NCBI GenBank assembly: GCA_913020145.1
Contig: CAJWAI010000002.1
Coordinates: 11,667-75,666, forward strand
Direction: 5' to 3'
Origin: an uncultured Gammaproteobacteria bacterium
GTDB taxonomy: Bacteria; Pseudomonadota; Gammaproteobacteria; Magnimaribacterales; TMED112
DNA: 64,000 nt
Below the pieces are notes generated by a model. The model did not search any database. It was not told the origin of the DNA and saw only the letters and a program-made list of their open reading frames with translations. Both the position numbers and the translations under genes were made by a program. Shown here piece by piece: positions 16,830-27,693 of this stretch; position 1 is the first letter of the stretch; every line of letters starts with the position of its first letter.

Positions 16830-18971
16830 ATGAAAAAAGTTTTATATATAATTTTTATTTCAAATCTATTTTTTGGAAATATTAATTTTGATGGTCATGT
16901 GAATGATGACGAATGGGCTAATACTGATAAATATTTAATATCATATGAAGTTGAGCCTGGATATAACACTCCCGCTAAATTTAAAACCGAAGCATTTATT
17001 ACCCATGATGAAAACTTCCTTTATGTTGGCTTTAAAGCATATGGCAATAAAGAAAATATTAGAGCTAGAATTCGAAGCAGAGATTCAATTTATTATTTAA
17101 ACGATTTTGTTGATATTGGGATAGACACTTATGCAGATGGCAGGTATACAGTTTCTTTTAGTGTAAATCCAAAGGGAAGTATAGGAGACCGTAAATATTC
17201 TTCATTTTGGCCAGATGCATCCTATAACGTAGAATTTGAAGGAGACGGACATTTTACAGATTATGGCTATGAGGCTGAATTAAGAATTCCTTTCACATCA
17301 TTAGACTTTCCTGAAACTGAAAATCAAAAATGGAAAATTTATTTTTTACGCAAGCTCTATGATAACGATAATGAAACTAGATATTTAAGTAGCAAGGACA
17401 TCGAAGGAGCTGGATGCCGTATCTGCCAATCTGATATTTTTTATGAATTTTCAGGCGTAAAAAAGAAGTCTAAAAAGCGCTTAATACCTTCAATAACAGC
17501 AAATTCATATGCAGAGAGAGATGATGCAGGAGAAATGAAAAGAAATTCACCTGACTCTGAAATTTCATTAGGAGGAGTATATGAATTAAATGGAAATAAT
17601 CTTGAATTTACTATTAATCCAGATTTTTCTCAGATTGAAGCAGATGAAAGTAAGATAGATGTAAATTCAACTACAGCATTAAGGTTTGAGGAAAGACGTA
17701 TATTTTTCAATGAGGGAAGAGATTTTCTTCAATCGAGACTAAATGCAGTTTATACAAGATCAATAAATAATCCTGAATACGCTATAAAATTATTTAATAG
17801 AGGAGATAAGCATAGTTATTATTTTCTTGATGCAGAAGATAGGAACACACCTATAATCATTCCTGGCAGCCAAAGATCTTATTCTGCTATTTTAGGAAAA
17901 AGCCACGCTAATATTTTTAGTTATAAATATAATCTTGAAAGAGGCCAATATTTATCATTCTTAACAACAAATAGATCTTATGATGGTGGTGGGTCTGGTT
18001 TGCTCTATTCTTCACGCGGATACATTATTTTAGATAAAAAATATTCAGCTTCATTTGAGATAGCTAAAAGTGAAACAGATGAGCCAATTAGTGATGCGAT
18101 TACCACTACTAATGGCACTAAAAATCATACCTATGCTTTAGATGGAGAATCATTTTCAGGATACGGTGGCCGATTTACATTTAGAAGTAATACAGAAAAA
18201 TGGGGCTGGAATTATGAATTTGAAACTAAATCACCTGACTTTAGAACAGATCTTGGTTTTACAAATGAAAATAATTGGAAAAAACACTCAGTAAGTGGAG
18301 ATTATAAGTATAGGTCTGATGGGTTGTTTAAATTTATAAAGCTGGATGCAGCAAGTGTGATCATGAAAAATTATCAGAATGATGTACTTGGACAAATGAC
18401 TAGAATAGGCTCAAGAATAGAATTCAATAACCCATTTGAGATCGAATTGAAAGCAGAAACTTGGAATAAATTCCAGTTTGAAAATTATATCTTTAATGAC
18501 ACTTATGAATATGAAATTGATATCAATTACAGTACACCAAAATTATTTTTTAAAGTTAGAAATGATTGGGGCGATGCAATTGCTAGGAATATAGCAGTTC
18601 CAGAATTAGGAGACAGAAGGAATACATCAATGGATGCTTGGCTTAATGTCAGTGACCAGTTTTTTGTAGGAGCAAATATCAGACAGAGTGAATTAAAAAG
18701 TAAAACAACTGGAGAGGATTTCTTTTCCGGATACATTGGCTCATTAAAGACCACTTATCAATTTAATAAATACTCATTCTTAAAATTAACTTATGAATAT
18801 AATAATTTTAACGAAGATTCATATTTGCAGGCACTTTTTCAATGGCAACCAGATTCAGCAACAATTTTCTACCTTGGTGGAACATTTAACCGTGAAGATA
18901 TTGAAGGCACATGGGAAAATGAAAGTTCTCAAATTTATATGAAATTTCAATATCTATTCAATTTCGATTAA
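16830..18971 (+). CDS. Secreted/outer-membrane protein, CBM9-like N-domain plus DUF5916-like beta-rich C-domain (function unknown)
   Basis: Signal peptide MKKVLYIIFISNLFFG. Family resemblance is from memory only. Aromatic-rich C-terminus YMKFQYLFNFD. Confidence 0.5.
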   Translation: MKKVLYIIFISNLFFGNINFDGHVNDDEWANTDKYLISYEVEPGYNTPAKFKTEAFITHDENFLYVGFKAYGNKENIRARIRSRDSIYYLNDFVDIGIDTYADGRYTVSFSVNPKGSIGDRKYSSFWPDASYNVEFEGDGHFTDYGYEAELRIPFTSLDFPETENQKWKIYFLRKLYDNDNETRYLSSKDIEGAGCRICQSDIFYEFSGVKKKSKKRLIPSITANSYAERDDAGEMKRNSPDSEISLGGVYELNGNNLEFTINPDFSQIEADESKIDVNSTTALRFEERRIFFNEGRDFLQSRLNAVYTRSINNPEYAIKLFNRGDKHSYYFLDAEDRNTPIIIPGSQRSYSAILGKSHANIFSYKYNLERGQYLSFLTTNRSYDGGGSGLLYSSRGYIILDKKYSASFEIAKSETDEPISDAITTTNGTKNHTYALDGESFSGYGGRFTFRSNTEKWGWNYEFETKSPDFRTDLGFTNENNWKKHSVSGDYKYRSDGLFKFIKLDAASVIMKNYQNDVLGQMTRIGSRIEFNNPFEIELKAETWNKFQFENYIFNDTYEYEIDINYSTPKLFFKVRNDWGDAIARNIAVPELGDRRNTSMDAWLNVSDQFFVGANIRQSELKSKTTGEDFFSGYIGSLKTTYQFNKYSFLKLTYEYNNFNEDSYLQALFQWQPDSATIFYLGGTFNREDIEGTWENESSQIYMKFQYLFNFD

Positions 18972-18995
18972 TCAATTGGTGTAGAATAAAAACAT

Positions 18996-19283
18996 ATGTC
19001 CAAAATTACTAAAGAACTTGCTGATCTAGCTCAGATGCTAATTAATATGCAGAATGATCTAGGATTGAAGGATTTAAATCCAACAGAAGCGCATGTCTTG
19101 CTTATGATTATTAGAGAATATGAACTAAAAGGAAGATGTTCGATGCTTAAAGCTGTAGAGGTATCAAAAAAATCTCGTTCTACAGTTTACAAGGCTATAA
19201 GAAAATTAGTAAAGGCTGGAATTATCAATATCCAGAATTCTAAATCTGATAAGAGATCATTTTTAGTAGTTCCTAAAATTTAA
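18996..19283 (+). CDS. Small winged-helix (MarR-like) transcriptional regulator
   Basis: 95 aa. LNPTEAHVLLMI...VSKKSRSTVYKAIRKLVKAGII looks like an HTH plus wing. Shorter than a canonical MarR. Confidence 0.5.
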   Translation: MSKITKELADLAQMLINMQNDLGLKDLNPTEAHVLLMIIREYELKGRCSMLKAVEVSKKSRSTVYKAIRKLVKAGIINIQNSKSDKRSFLVVPKI

Positions 19284-19291
19284 AATCAATC

Positions 19292-19846
19292 ATGCCTAAA
19301 TTTTTTGAATTATCAATTTATACATGTTTTTTTTATTTTTTGGTGTGGGTAATCTGGTTATTTTTAGTAATCCCTGTCGAAGCTGATGGAGATATAGGAT
19401 TTGGAAGTTTAGCTTTTCTCCCACATGCAGCTAGAGTATTACCGGTGCTATTTTTCGGCGGAAAAGCAATACCAGCTATTTATTTTTCTGAGCTAGTGGC
19501 AACCAACTATATAGGGGAACTTGAGTACTCTACATCATATGGTGCCCTCATAAGCAGTACAGCAATTCTTATATCGTGGGGAGCATTTAAATTATTAGAT
19601 GTGGATCTAAAATCAAAGAGAGTACTTAGAAATACAGATTGGAAGCATGTTACTTTATTTATATTAGTTTCAGCATTAGTTAATGGTATTGGAAATGGTG
19701 CTTACTATATCTATCAATATGAAGTATTTGATCCATTAATAAGTATGCGTTTTGTAGTTGGAGATATTGTAGGAGCAACAATAGTGATATTATCACTTAT
19801 GTTTTTAACAGGATTTATTAAGGTTCCAGAGATAAAAGATGATTGA
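19292..19846 (+). CDS. Integral membrane protein (function unknown)
   Basis: 184 aa with about 5 hydrophobic segments. Overlaps the downstream ABC ATPase gene by 8 nt. Confidence 0.5.
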   Translation: MPKFFELSIYTCFFYFLVWVIWLFLVIPVEADGDIGFGSLAFLPHAARVLPVLFFGGKAIPAIYFSELVATNYIGELEYSTSYGALISSTAILISWGAFKLLDVDLKSKRVLRNTDWKHVTLFILVSALVNGIGNGAYYIYQYEVFDPLISMRFVVGDIVGATIVILSLMFLTGFIKVPEIKDD

Positions 19847-20597
19847 AGTAAAAAACTTATCTAAACAATTTATGGTGCCTACTGATAAAAAAGGTTTATT
19901 TGGCAAAAAAAAGGAACCCTTTTGGGCTGTAGATTCATTAGATTTCTCAGCTAGTAAAGGAAGTGTTGTCAGTATACTCGGGCCAAATGGATGCGGAAAA
20001 ACAACTACACTTCGTATGATCGCGGCAATGCTTACTCCATCACGTGGTACTGCATTCATTGATACATTAGATGTAAGAAAACATAAGCAAAAAATTAAGT
20101 CAAAGATCGGTTATATGACAAATAATACCTCTTTGTATGATCGACTAAACGTAATCGAAACAATTACTTTCTTTGCTGAATTAAATCAAATACCAAAAGA
20201 TATCTACAAAGAAAGAGCGCAAAAATTATTTGATCAGCTCGATATGAATGACTATCTCTTAAAAAGAATCTCAGATCTTAGTACAGGGATGAAGCAAAAA
20301 ACTTCAATTGTAAGAACCCTAATTCATGACCCTGATTTAATCATCCTTGATGAACCTACTACAGGTGTCGATGTTACAGGCCAATCAGTAATAGTTGATT
20401 TAATAAAATCTATTAAAGAATCCGGGAAGACATTAATATTTTCTACACATCAACTAAATGAAGTAAGAGATATTGCTGACCACATAATCGTCATGAAGGC
20501 TGGAAAAAAAGTATTTGATGGTGATAACCAACAATTTCAGAATCTTGATAACGATAAATCATTTACAGAAATTTTTATGGAGATGGTAGATGATTAA
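19839..20597 (+). CDS. ABC-2 type exporter ATP-binding protein (NatA-like)
   Basis: Walker A GPNGCGKTT, signature LSTGMKQK, Walker B LIILDEPTTGVD, H-loop STHQ. Confidence 0.85.
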   Translation: MIEVKNLSKQFMVPTDKKGLFGKKKEPFWAVDSLDFSASKGSVVSILGPNGCGKTTTLRMIAAMLTPSRGTAFIDTLDVRKHKQKIKSKIGYMTNNTSLYDRLNVIETITFFAELNQIPKDIYKERAQKLFDQLDMNDYLLKRISDLSTGMKQKTSIVRTLIHDPDLIILDEPTTGVDVTGQSVIVDLIKSIKESGKTLIFSTHQLNEVRDIADHIIVMKAGKKVFDGDNQQFQNLDNDKSFTEIFMEMVDD

Positions 20598-21798
20598 ATG
20601 GCAAACACTTCTAATTAAGGAAATTAGACATCTCTTCAGAGATACAAAAACAATCATTCAGACTGTTGTTGTTCCAACCTTTCTAACGCCATTACTTATA
20701 ACAGGCATAGTCTGGTATATAAGCTCAATAGCAATTGAAGAAAGTAAAAAAGATTATGAAGTCGCACTTTACGATATAGGAAACAATGAACTAGTAAAAA
20801 AATTTGAAGAGGCTGAAAGATTAAATATAACGATATATGACTCTATAGATAAAATCGTTGATTCAGTAAAAAATGAAAGTTCAGAAATAGGAATAGTTAT
20901 TGAAGATGGGTTCCAACAAAATTTAACGAACAATACCAGTTCAGAAATTACAATCTACTCGAAAAATATTGATACATTTTCACAAGCAAAAAGTTTAGCT
21001 GAAGATGTTATTGATAATTTTGAGAATGATGAACGAGCAAGTCGTCTATCAAGTCTTAATCTAGATGAAGAGTTCATTAATCCAATCAATATACTTGAGG
21101 AAGATCTAACAACTGAGAAAGAAGCAGCTGGATCAATTTTTGGTGGCATTCTTGCCTTCTTCTTCGTTATGTATGTAATTACTGGATCAATGTATCCTGC
21201 AATTGACTTAGGTGCAGGAGAAAAGGAAAGAGGGACAATGGAAACATTGGTTTCAACAAATATTTCATCACTAGAAATAATTGTAGGAAAAATGCTATCA
21301 GTAACAGCATCTGCTGTTCTGACAGCAACATTCTCTTTATTAGGGTTTATTATTCCAGTCTTAATAATTTTCTTTTTCTATGCTGACTCAATTCCTGAGA
21401 GCTTATTTGATACTTTATCGTCTTTAGTAAATCCAATTGCTTTTCTTGGCATCTTTGGATTGATAATTCCACTAAGTATTCTAATGGGAGCATTATTGCT
21501 TGCTGTATCTGTCTATTCAAAAAATACTAAAGAGGCTGGCTTACTATTAGGAAATTTGGTTATAGTATTCTTCCTGCCCGCATATATACCTTTATTTAAC
21601 CCAGGACTAGAACTTGATTTTATAGGTTCAATTATTCCTTGTTATAACTTGGCCTTACTTACAAACTCGTTAATTGCTGAAAATACCAATTGGATGCTTT
21701 ATCTTAGTGCATTGGGTTCAACAGTCGTTTACTGTTGTATCGCAATATACATTACTTACATTATGTTCGATGATGAAAAAATCATCTTTAGAAGTTAA
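20590..21798 (+). CDS. ABC-2 type exporter permease (NatB-like)
   Basis: 402 aa. N-terminal TM, large extracytoplasmic loop, then 5 C-terminal TMs. 8-nt overlap with the ATPase gene. Confidence 0.75.
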   Translation: MIKWQTLLIKEIRHLFRDTKTIIQTVVVPTFLTPLLITGIVWYISSIAIEESKKDYEVALYDIGNNELVKKFEEAERLNITIYDSIDKIVDSVKNESSEIGIVIEDGFQQNLTNNTSSEITIYSKNIDTFSQAKSLAEDVIDNFENDERASRLSSLNLDEEFINPINILEEDLTTEKEAAGSIFGGILAFFFVMYVITGSMYPAIDLGAGEKERGTMETLVSTNISSLEIIVGKMLSVTASAVLTATFSLLGFIIPVLIIFFFYADSIPESLFDTLSSLVNPIAFLGIFGLIIPLSILMGALLLAVSVYSKNTKEAGLLLGNLVIVFFLPAYIPLFNPGLELDFIGSIIPCYNLALLTNSLIAENTNWMLYLSALGSTVVYCCIAIYITYIMFDDEKIIFRS

Positions 21799-22430
21799 TG
21801 GAAGTAATTAATACACCAGTTTCACCATATATTCAAAACGCACCTATAGCATATTGTGCAACTACTCTTGAATCTATTTATGTAGACCCTGGAGACGAAA
21901 TTGAAAAGCTAATGACCGTAAGTAACGAACTAAATTTAAAGCCTCAATATATATTTATTACGCATGGACATATTGATCATGCCGGTGGAGCTGTAGAACT
22001 TGCCAGAGAGCACGATCTTAAAATTATAGGACCACATATAGACGATAAATTTCTTCTTGATGTATTAGAAATACAGGGGCAAATGTATGGAATGAAAGCA
22101 GAAAATTTTACTCCTGAAAAATGGTTAAATCATAAAGATAGTATTAGTTTTGGAAATCAAAAATTAGAAATCTTATTGTGTCCTGGACATACACCTGGTC
22201 ATATTATTGCGGTTAATCATGATGCTAAAAAAGTAATTGGTGGTGATGTTCTATTCAATGGTTCTATCGGTCGGACTGATTTACCACAAGGCAATCATCA
22301 AGATTTAATTGACTCAATTAAAAACAATATGTTAACTCTTGATGATGATTATGATGTTTATTGTGGTCATGGACCAAATACAACAATTGGACATGAAAGA
22401 GCCACTAATCCATTTTTAATAGATGCTTAA
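21798..22430 (+). CDS. MBL-fold metallo-hydrolase (glyoxalase II-like)
   Basis: THGHIDHAGG metal motif, later PGHTPGH and GD...GS.GRTD. Confidence 0.85.
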   Translation: MEVINTPVSPYIQNAPIAYCATTLESIYVDPGDEIEKLMTVSNELNLKPQYIFITHGHIDHAGGAVELAREHDLKIIGPHIDDKFLLDVLEIQGQMYGMKAENFTPEKWLNHKDSISFGNQKLEILLCPGHTPGHIIAVNHDAKKVIGGDVLFNGSIGRTDLPQGNHQDLIDSIKNNMLTLDDDYDVYCGHGPNTTIGHERATNPFLIDA

Positions 22431-22872
22431 CGAAAACTCAATACATCTCATGAATAGGGTTATTAAGTTATCAAAAGATAATCTAAATAATAATAAAGTT
22501 CCTATAGCTGCCATTGTGGTTGATAGCTCAACAAATGAAATAATTTCAGAGGCTACGAATGGAGATTCTGTTTTAGATCATGCTGAGATCTTAGTTTTAA
22601 AAAAAGCCTTAGATAAATTATCTACAAATCGATTATATGAATGCGATATTTATGTAACTATTGAGCCTTGCCCAATGTGCGCTACTGCTATAGCAAAAAC
22701 ACATATAAGAAGATTGTATTTTGGTGCAGAGGACAAGAAAGGAGGAGGAGTTATTAACGGACCAAAAATATTTAGCCACTCTAATTTAAAAGTGCCGGAA
22801 GTTATTTCTCATTGCTTTGCAGAAGAAACTAGTAATCTATTAAAAAAATTCTTTGAGAGTAAAAGAAATTAA
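22423..22872 (+). CDS. tadA: tRNA-specific adenosine deaminase
   Basis: HAEILVLKKA and PCPMCATAI zinc motifs of the CDA fold. 149 aa. Confidence 0.85.
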   Translation: MLNENSIHLMNRVIKLSKDNLNNNKVPIAAIVVDSSTNEIISEATNGDSVLDHAEILVLKKALDKLSTNRLYECDIYVTIEPCPMCATAIAKTHIRRLYFGAEDKKGGGVINGPKIFSHSNLKVPEVISHCFAEETSNLLKKFFESKRN

Positions 22873-22895
22873 TAATCTACAGGTATAATCTATCT

Positions 22896-24212
22896 ATGTC
22901 TGAATTTGATCTGGTTCTTAAAAATGCCACAGTCTTTTTGCCATCAGGAAGAGAGAATACCGATATTGGAATTAAAGAAGATAAAATTGTCTTTATCGGA
23001 GATATAGGCGATTCAAATAATTCTTTGGATTGTACAAATCTTTTTATTTTTCCTGGCTTAATTGATACTCAATGTCATTTTAGAGAGCCCGGTGGTGAAC
23101 ATAAGGAAACAATTCAAACAGGCACTATGTCTGCAGCATTAGGCGGAATAACAGGTATATTCGAGATGCCTAATACAAACCCTCTTACAACAACACCTGA
23201 AGCTTTAGAACATAAAATAAGGCGCGGAGTAGACACTGCTTATACTGATTTTGCTTTTTATTTTGGAGGCACTCATGAAAATTCTTCAAATCTACCTGAA
23301 TGGGAAAAATTGCCAGGAGTATGTGGAATTAAAATTTTTATGGGATCAAGTACAGGAAATCTTCTCTCTGCAACAGATGAAGAAGTTGAAGCTGTAGTTG
23401 CTAATGGTAGAAGAGTGATAGCAGTTCATGCTGAAGATGAATTCATAATGAATGAGAATAAAAAAACAATCTTAAAAGATAGCAATGATGTAGGAATGCA
23501 TTGTAAATGGAGAAATGTTGAAAGCGCTTTAAATGCAACTAGAAGAGTAGTTACTTTAGGAAAAAAACATAATAGACACATTCATGTTCTGCATATTACA
23601 ACAGCAGATGAGATGGATTTTCTACGTGATAATAAGGACACGGCAACTGTAGAAGTGCTTCCAAATCATTTAACAATGCATGCACCAGAATGTTATGAAG
23701 AATTAGGCACGCTAGCACAACAAAACCCTCCTATAAGAGAAAAAGAACATCAAGATGCATTATGGCGTGCTATAGATGATGGTACTGTAGATATAGTTGC
23801 ATCTGATCATGCTCCACATACACTTGAAGAAAAGTCTGGTATATATCCAGGCACGCCTAGCGGCACTCCTGGAGTGCAAACTTTATTGCCTGTGATGTTA
23901 GATCATGCTGCTAATGGAAAGTTAAGTTATGAACGCATTGTTGATCTAATGGCATATGGTCCAAAAAAAGTTCATAAGATTAAGAACAAATGTGCAATAA
24001 GAGAGGGGTATGATGCAGATTTTACTGTTGTAGACCCAAACCTTATTCACAAGATTACCAATGAAGAACAAGCATCCAAGTCTGGCTGGACTCCATATAA
24101 CAGTAAAGAAGTAAAAGGTTACCCAGTAATGACCATAATTAGAGGTAAAGTGGTAATGAAAGATGGAGAACTTTTAGAGCGTCAAGCTAAACCAATAGAA
24201 TTTCAAATTTAA
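22896..24212 (+). CDS. pyrC: Dihydroorotase (class I, allantoinase-like amidohydrolase)
   Basis: [21 protein letters not shown] motifs. 438 aa. Confidence 0.8.
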   Translation: MSEFDLVLKNATVFLPSGRENTDIGIKEDKIVFIGDIGDSNNSLDCTNLFIFPGLIDTQCHFREPGGEHKETIQTGTMSAALGGITGIFEMPNTNPLTTTPEALEHKIRRGVDTAYTDFAFYFGGTHENSSNLPEWEKLPGVCGIKIFMGSSTGNLLSATDEEVEAVVANGRRVIAVHAEDEFIMNENKKTILKDSNDVGMHCKWRNVESALNATRRVVTLGKKHNRHIHVLHITTADEMDFLRDNKDTATVEVLPNHLTMHAPECYEELGTLAQQNPPIREKEHQDALWRAIDDGTVDIVASDHAPHTLEEKSGIYPGTPSGTPGVQTLLPVMLDHAANGKLSYERIVDLMAYGPKKVHKIKNKCAIREGYDADFTVVDPNLIHKITNEEQASKSGWTPYNSKEVKGYPVMTIIRGKVVMKDGELLERQAKPIEFQI

Positions 24213-24430
24213 GGAACAGGATCATGCCCTGAACCACCCCAAGGATGACATCTAGCTATTCTTTTTGTTCCAAGCCATATTCCCTTAATAGGCCCATACT
24301 TATCAATAGCTTCAATTGTGTATTGAGAGCAAGTTGGAAAATACCTGCAACTCTGGCCCAGTAAAGGAGAAAGCAATATCTGATATAGCTTAATAGGAAT
24401 AATGAATATTAAATTAAAGATTTTTAACAT
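24209..24430 (-). CDS. yidD: Membrane protein insertion efficiency factor YidD
   Basis: [10 protein letters not shown] and ARCHPWG motifs. 73 aa. Confidence 0.9.
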   Translation of the reverse strand: MLKIFNLIFIIPIKLYQILLSPLLGQSCRYFPTCSQYTIEAIDKYGPIKGIWLGTKRIARCHPWGGSGHDPVP

Positions 24431-26377
24431 TTATTTTTGAAGTGGTGTTTTGACTTCTTGTTTAATAGATTTAATAAATTTATTTAATTCTATAGTTTCT
24501 GTCTTTTCACTGCCAAGCCTTCTTACAGAAACTGTTTTATCTTCGACCTCTTTTTTACCTAGAGCTAAAATTATTGGATTTTTAGATACGCTATGCTCTC
24601 GAACTTTATAACTTATTTTTTCATTTCTTAAATCCAATAAACATCTAATTCCTTGTTCATTTAATTCATCTGAAATTGATTGAGCGTATTCTTTTGCATC
24701 GTCGGTTATAGTTGCTAACACCACTTGATTAGGAGCTAACCAAAGAGGTAGATTGCCACCATAATTCTCAATCAATATACCAATAAAACGTTCAAATGAA
24801 CCGAGTATAGCTCTATGCATCATTACAGGTATATGCTTATTACCATCTTTGCCAACATATGATGCTTCAAGTCTTTCAGGTAAATTAAAATCAAGTTGCC
24901 ATGTACCGCATTGCCAATCTCTGCCCAATGCATCAGTTAAAACAAAATCAAGTTTAGGACCATAAAAAGCCCCATCTCCCTCATCTATTTCATATGGAAG
25001 TTTAAGATTTTCTATAGCTTTCTTTAAAGATTTCTCAGCTTTATCCCAGACTTTATCTGTGCCAACTCTCACTTCTGGTCTGGTTGAAAGTTTAATTTTA
25101 AATGTATTGAAACCTAGATCGCTGTATATATTTGATAAAAGATCTATAAATAAACTAGTCTCTGATTCAATTTGATCTTCAGTACAAAATATATGTCCAT
25201 CATCTTGAGTAAAACCTCTTACTCTCATTAAGCCATGCATTGTTCCTGAGGGTTCATATCTATGACAAGAACCAAACTCTGCAAGTCTATAAGGTAAATC
25301 TCTATAGGATTTTATATCCTGGTTATAGACCTGAACATGACATGGACAATTCATTGGCTTTAAAGCATTAACTCTTTTTTCATTTGCATGTTCTTCATCA
25401 ATTTCAGTAATGAACATGTTTTCTCTATATTTATCCCAATGCCCTGATTTTTCCCATAATTTTCTATCTACAACTTGAGGAGTATTGATTTCTTGATACT
25501 CAGCATTTCTTTGCATTTTTCTTACATAATTCTGAAGTTCAGAATAAATAGTCCATCCTGATGGATGCCAAAAAACCATACCAGGAGCTTCATCTTGAAA
25601 ATGAAATAGACGCATTTCTTTACCTAATTTTCTATGATCTCTTTTTTCAGCTTCTGCCAACTGATTGAGATATGCTTCTAGTTCCTTTTTGGTATTCCAT
25701 GCTGTGCCATAGATTCTTGTAAGCATCGGTTTAGTAGAATCACCTCTCCAATATGCTCCAGCAACTTTTGTAAGCTTAAACTCTCCACACATATCTAGAT
25801 TAGGCAAATGAGGCCCTCTACATAGATCTATAAATCCTGTTTCATCTTGTGTATATAGCTGAAAATCATTTTTTTGCCCTGAGTCAGTTATTATTTCAGC
25901 TTTGAAACCTTCATCAAGGCCATCAAACACTTCTAGAGCTTCTTTTTTTGAATGATAGGTTTTAGTAATATTAGATTTTGATTTAATTATCTTTTTCATC
26001 TCATCCTCGATTTTAGGCAAATCATCAGATGAGATAGGCTTATTCATAAAAAAATCATAGTAAAAACCATCATCAATAGTTGGACCAATCGCCAATTTTG
26101 CATCTGGATATAGGTTTTTTACAGCTAAAGCTAGTACTTGAGCAGCTAGAGTGTGTCGCATTATTTCAAGACCCTCATCTGAGCCTTTAGTGATAATAGA
26201 AACTTCAGCCTTATTAGGAAGAATATCACTTAAATCTCTTTGCTCTCCGTCAATGACAACAGCAATTGAATCTTTTGCTAATCTAGCTCCAATTGAAGCA
26301 GCTAAATCAAAACCAGTGCTTTTTGATGGAAGTTCTTTGCTAGAACCATCTGGCAGCTTAATTACAATATTTCCCAT
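24431..26377 (-). CDS. thrS: Threonine--tRNA ligase
   Basis: N-terminal TGS domain, editing domain, class II core (FRGD-like RVRGFTQDDGHIF) and anticodon-binding domain. 648 aa. Confidence 0.95.
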   Translation of the reverse strand: MGNIVIKLPDGSSKELPSKSTGFDLAASIGARLAKDSIAVVIDGEQRDLSDILPNKAEVSIITKGSDEGLEIMRHTLAAQVLALAVKNLYPDAKLAIGPTIDDGFYYDFFMNKPISSDDLPKIEDEMKKIIKSKSNITKTYHSKKEALEVFDGLDEGFKAEIITDSGQKNDFQLYTQDETGFIDLCRGPHLPNLDMCGEFKLTKVAGAYWRGDSTKPMLTRIYGTAWNTKKELEAYLNQLAEAEKRDHRKLGKEMRLFHFQDEAPGMVFWHPSGWTIYSELQNYVRKMQRNAEYQEINTPQVVDRKLWEKSGHWDKYRENMFITEIDEEHANEKRVNALKPMNCPCHVQVYNQDIKSYRDLPYRLAEFGSCHRYEPSGTMHGLMRVRGFTQDDGHIFCTEDQIESETSLFIDLLSNIYSDLGFNTFKIKLSTRPEVRVGTDKVWDKAEKSLKKAIENLKLPYEIDEGDGAFYGPKLDFVLTDALGRDWQCGTWQLDFNLPERLEASYVGKDGNKHIPVMMHRAILGSFERFIGILIENYGGNLPLWLAPNQVVLATITDDAKEYAQSISDELNEQGIRCLLDLRNEKISYKVREHSVSKNPIILALGKKEVEDKTVSVRRLGSEKTETIELNKFIKSIKQEVKTPLQK

Positions 26378-27693
26378 TCCGTTTTTCCATTAACGTCCTT
26401 TATGGACACATTCATTTTACTCAATTTATCGCGAATTTTATCAGCTCTATCATAATCACCTGAATTTCTAGCATCATCTCTTTCTTTAACTAGTTCATTG
26501 ATTTCATTAACTTGTTCATCTGATAAAGAAAGATCTTGATTTGACCCTTCAAAAATATATTTAAAGGTCGCTATCTCATTTTTTATATTTTCATTAGGCT
26601 CTGAGACTAAATCTTGCATTGTCCTAATAGCAAGTGGTGTATTTAGATCATCCATTAATATCTCAGCAATCTTTGAATCAGCATGAAATTTTTCTTCAAT
26701 TTCTCCATACTTCTTGAAAGCATTTTGTAACTTGACGTAAATATTATGTGATTGATCAAGTAGCTCTTCGCTCCATGGTATAGGTTGCCTGTAATGAGTC
26801 GAAAGAAGGGCAAGTCTAACCTCATTACCTTTATATTTTTTTAGTAATTGATCTATATATATGACATTGCCTAAAGATTTAGACATCTTTTCATCTTCAA
26901 GATTTAAGAAACCATTATGAACCCAATATTTAGCAAATGATGTTGGATCTTCATTACCATGATAAGCACAGGTTTGTGCAATCTCATTATCATGATGAGG
27001 AAACTTTAGATCATTGCCACCAGAATGAATATCAAATGGAATATCTAAGGTTGATTCAGACATAACAGAGCATTCTAGATGCCAGCCAGGCCTGCCTCTA
27101 CCCCAGGGAGAATCCCATCCAGGATCATCATCAAGTGAAGGTTTCCATAATGTAAAATCATTTGGACTTTCTTTAAAATCTTCAACTTTAACTCTTGAAC
27201 CAGATTCATGTTCGTCTAGCTTTCTATCTGAAAGGCAACCGTAATTTGGAAATGATGAGACTCTAAAAAGCACATTACTGTCCTTTTCATAGGCATTATC
27301 AGAAGCAATAAGCTTTTCAATGTAAGCTATCATGTCATCGATATAATCAGTAGCAAAGGGCTGAATATCAGGTTTAGAAATGCCTAAGAGCGCTGTATCT
27401 TCTTGATATTGATTAAAGTACTTGGTCGAAATATCTTTGATGGATAAATTCTCTTCTTTAGCAGCGTCTATTATTTTGTCATCTATGTCAGTGATATTGC
27501 ATACATAAGTAACTTTGCTATAGATGCCTTTTAAAATTTTTGCTAAAAGATCTGCTGATATGAAGGCTCTAGCATTACCTATGTGAATCTTGTTATATAC
27601 GGTTGGCCCGCAAGCATAAAATTTTATGTGATTGGGATCATTAGGAATGAACTCTTCCTTTTTCTTAGAAAGACTATTGTAAATTCTAAGCAT
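26362..27693 (-). CDS. cysS: Cysteine--tRNA ligase
   Basis: HIGNAR (HIGH) and KMSKSLGN motifs. 443 aa. The 3' end overlaps the thrS start by 16 nt. Confidence 0.95.
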   Translation of the reverse strand: MLRIYNSLSKKKEEFIPNDPNHIKFYACGPTVYNKIHIGNARAFISADLLAKILKGIYSKVTYVCNITDIDDKIIDAAKEENLSIKDISTKYFNQYQEDTALLGISKPDIQPFATDYIDDMIAYIEKLIASDNAYEKDSNVLFRVSSFPNYGCLSDRKLDEHESGSRVKVEDFKESPNDFTLWKPSLDDDPGWDSPWGRGRPGWHLECSVMSESTLDIPFDIHSGGNDLKFPHHDNEIAQTCAYHGNEDPTSFAKYWVHNGFLNLEDEKMSKSLGNVIYIDQLLKKYKGNEVRLALLSTHYRQPIPWSEELLDQSHNIYVKLQNAFKKYGEIEEKFHADSKIAEILMDDLNTPLAIRTMQDLVSEPNENIKNEIATFKYIFEGSNQDLSLSDEQVNEINELVKERDDARNSGDYDRADKIRDKLSKMNVSIKDVNGKTEWEIL

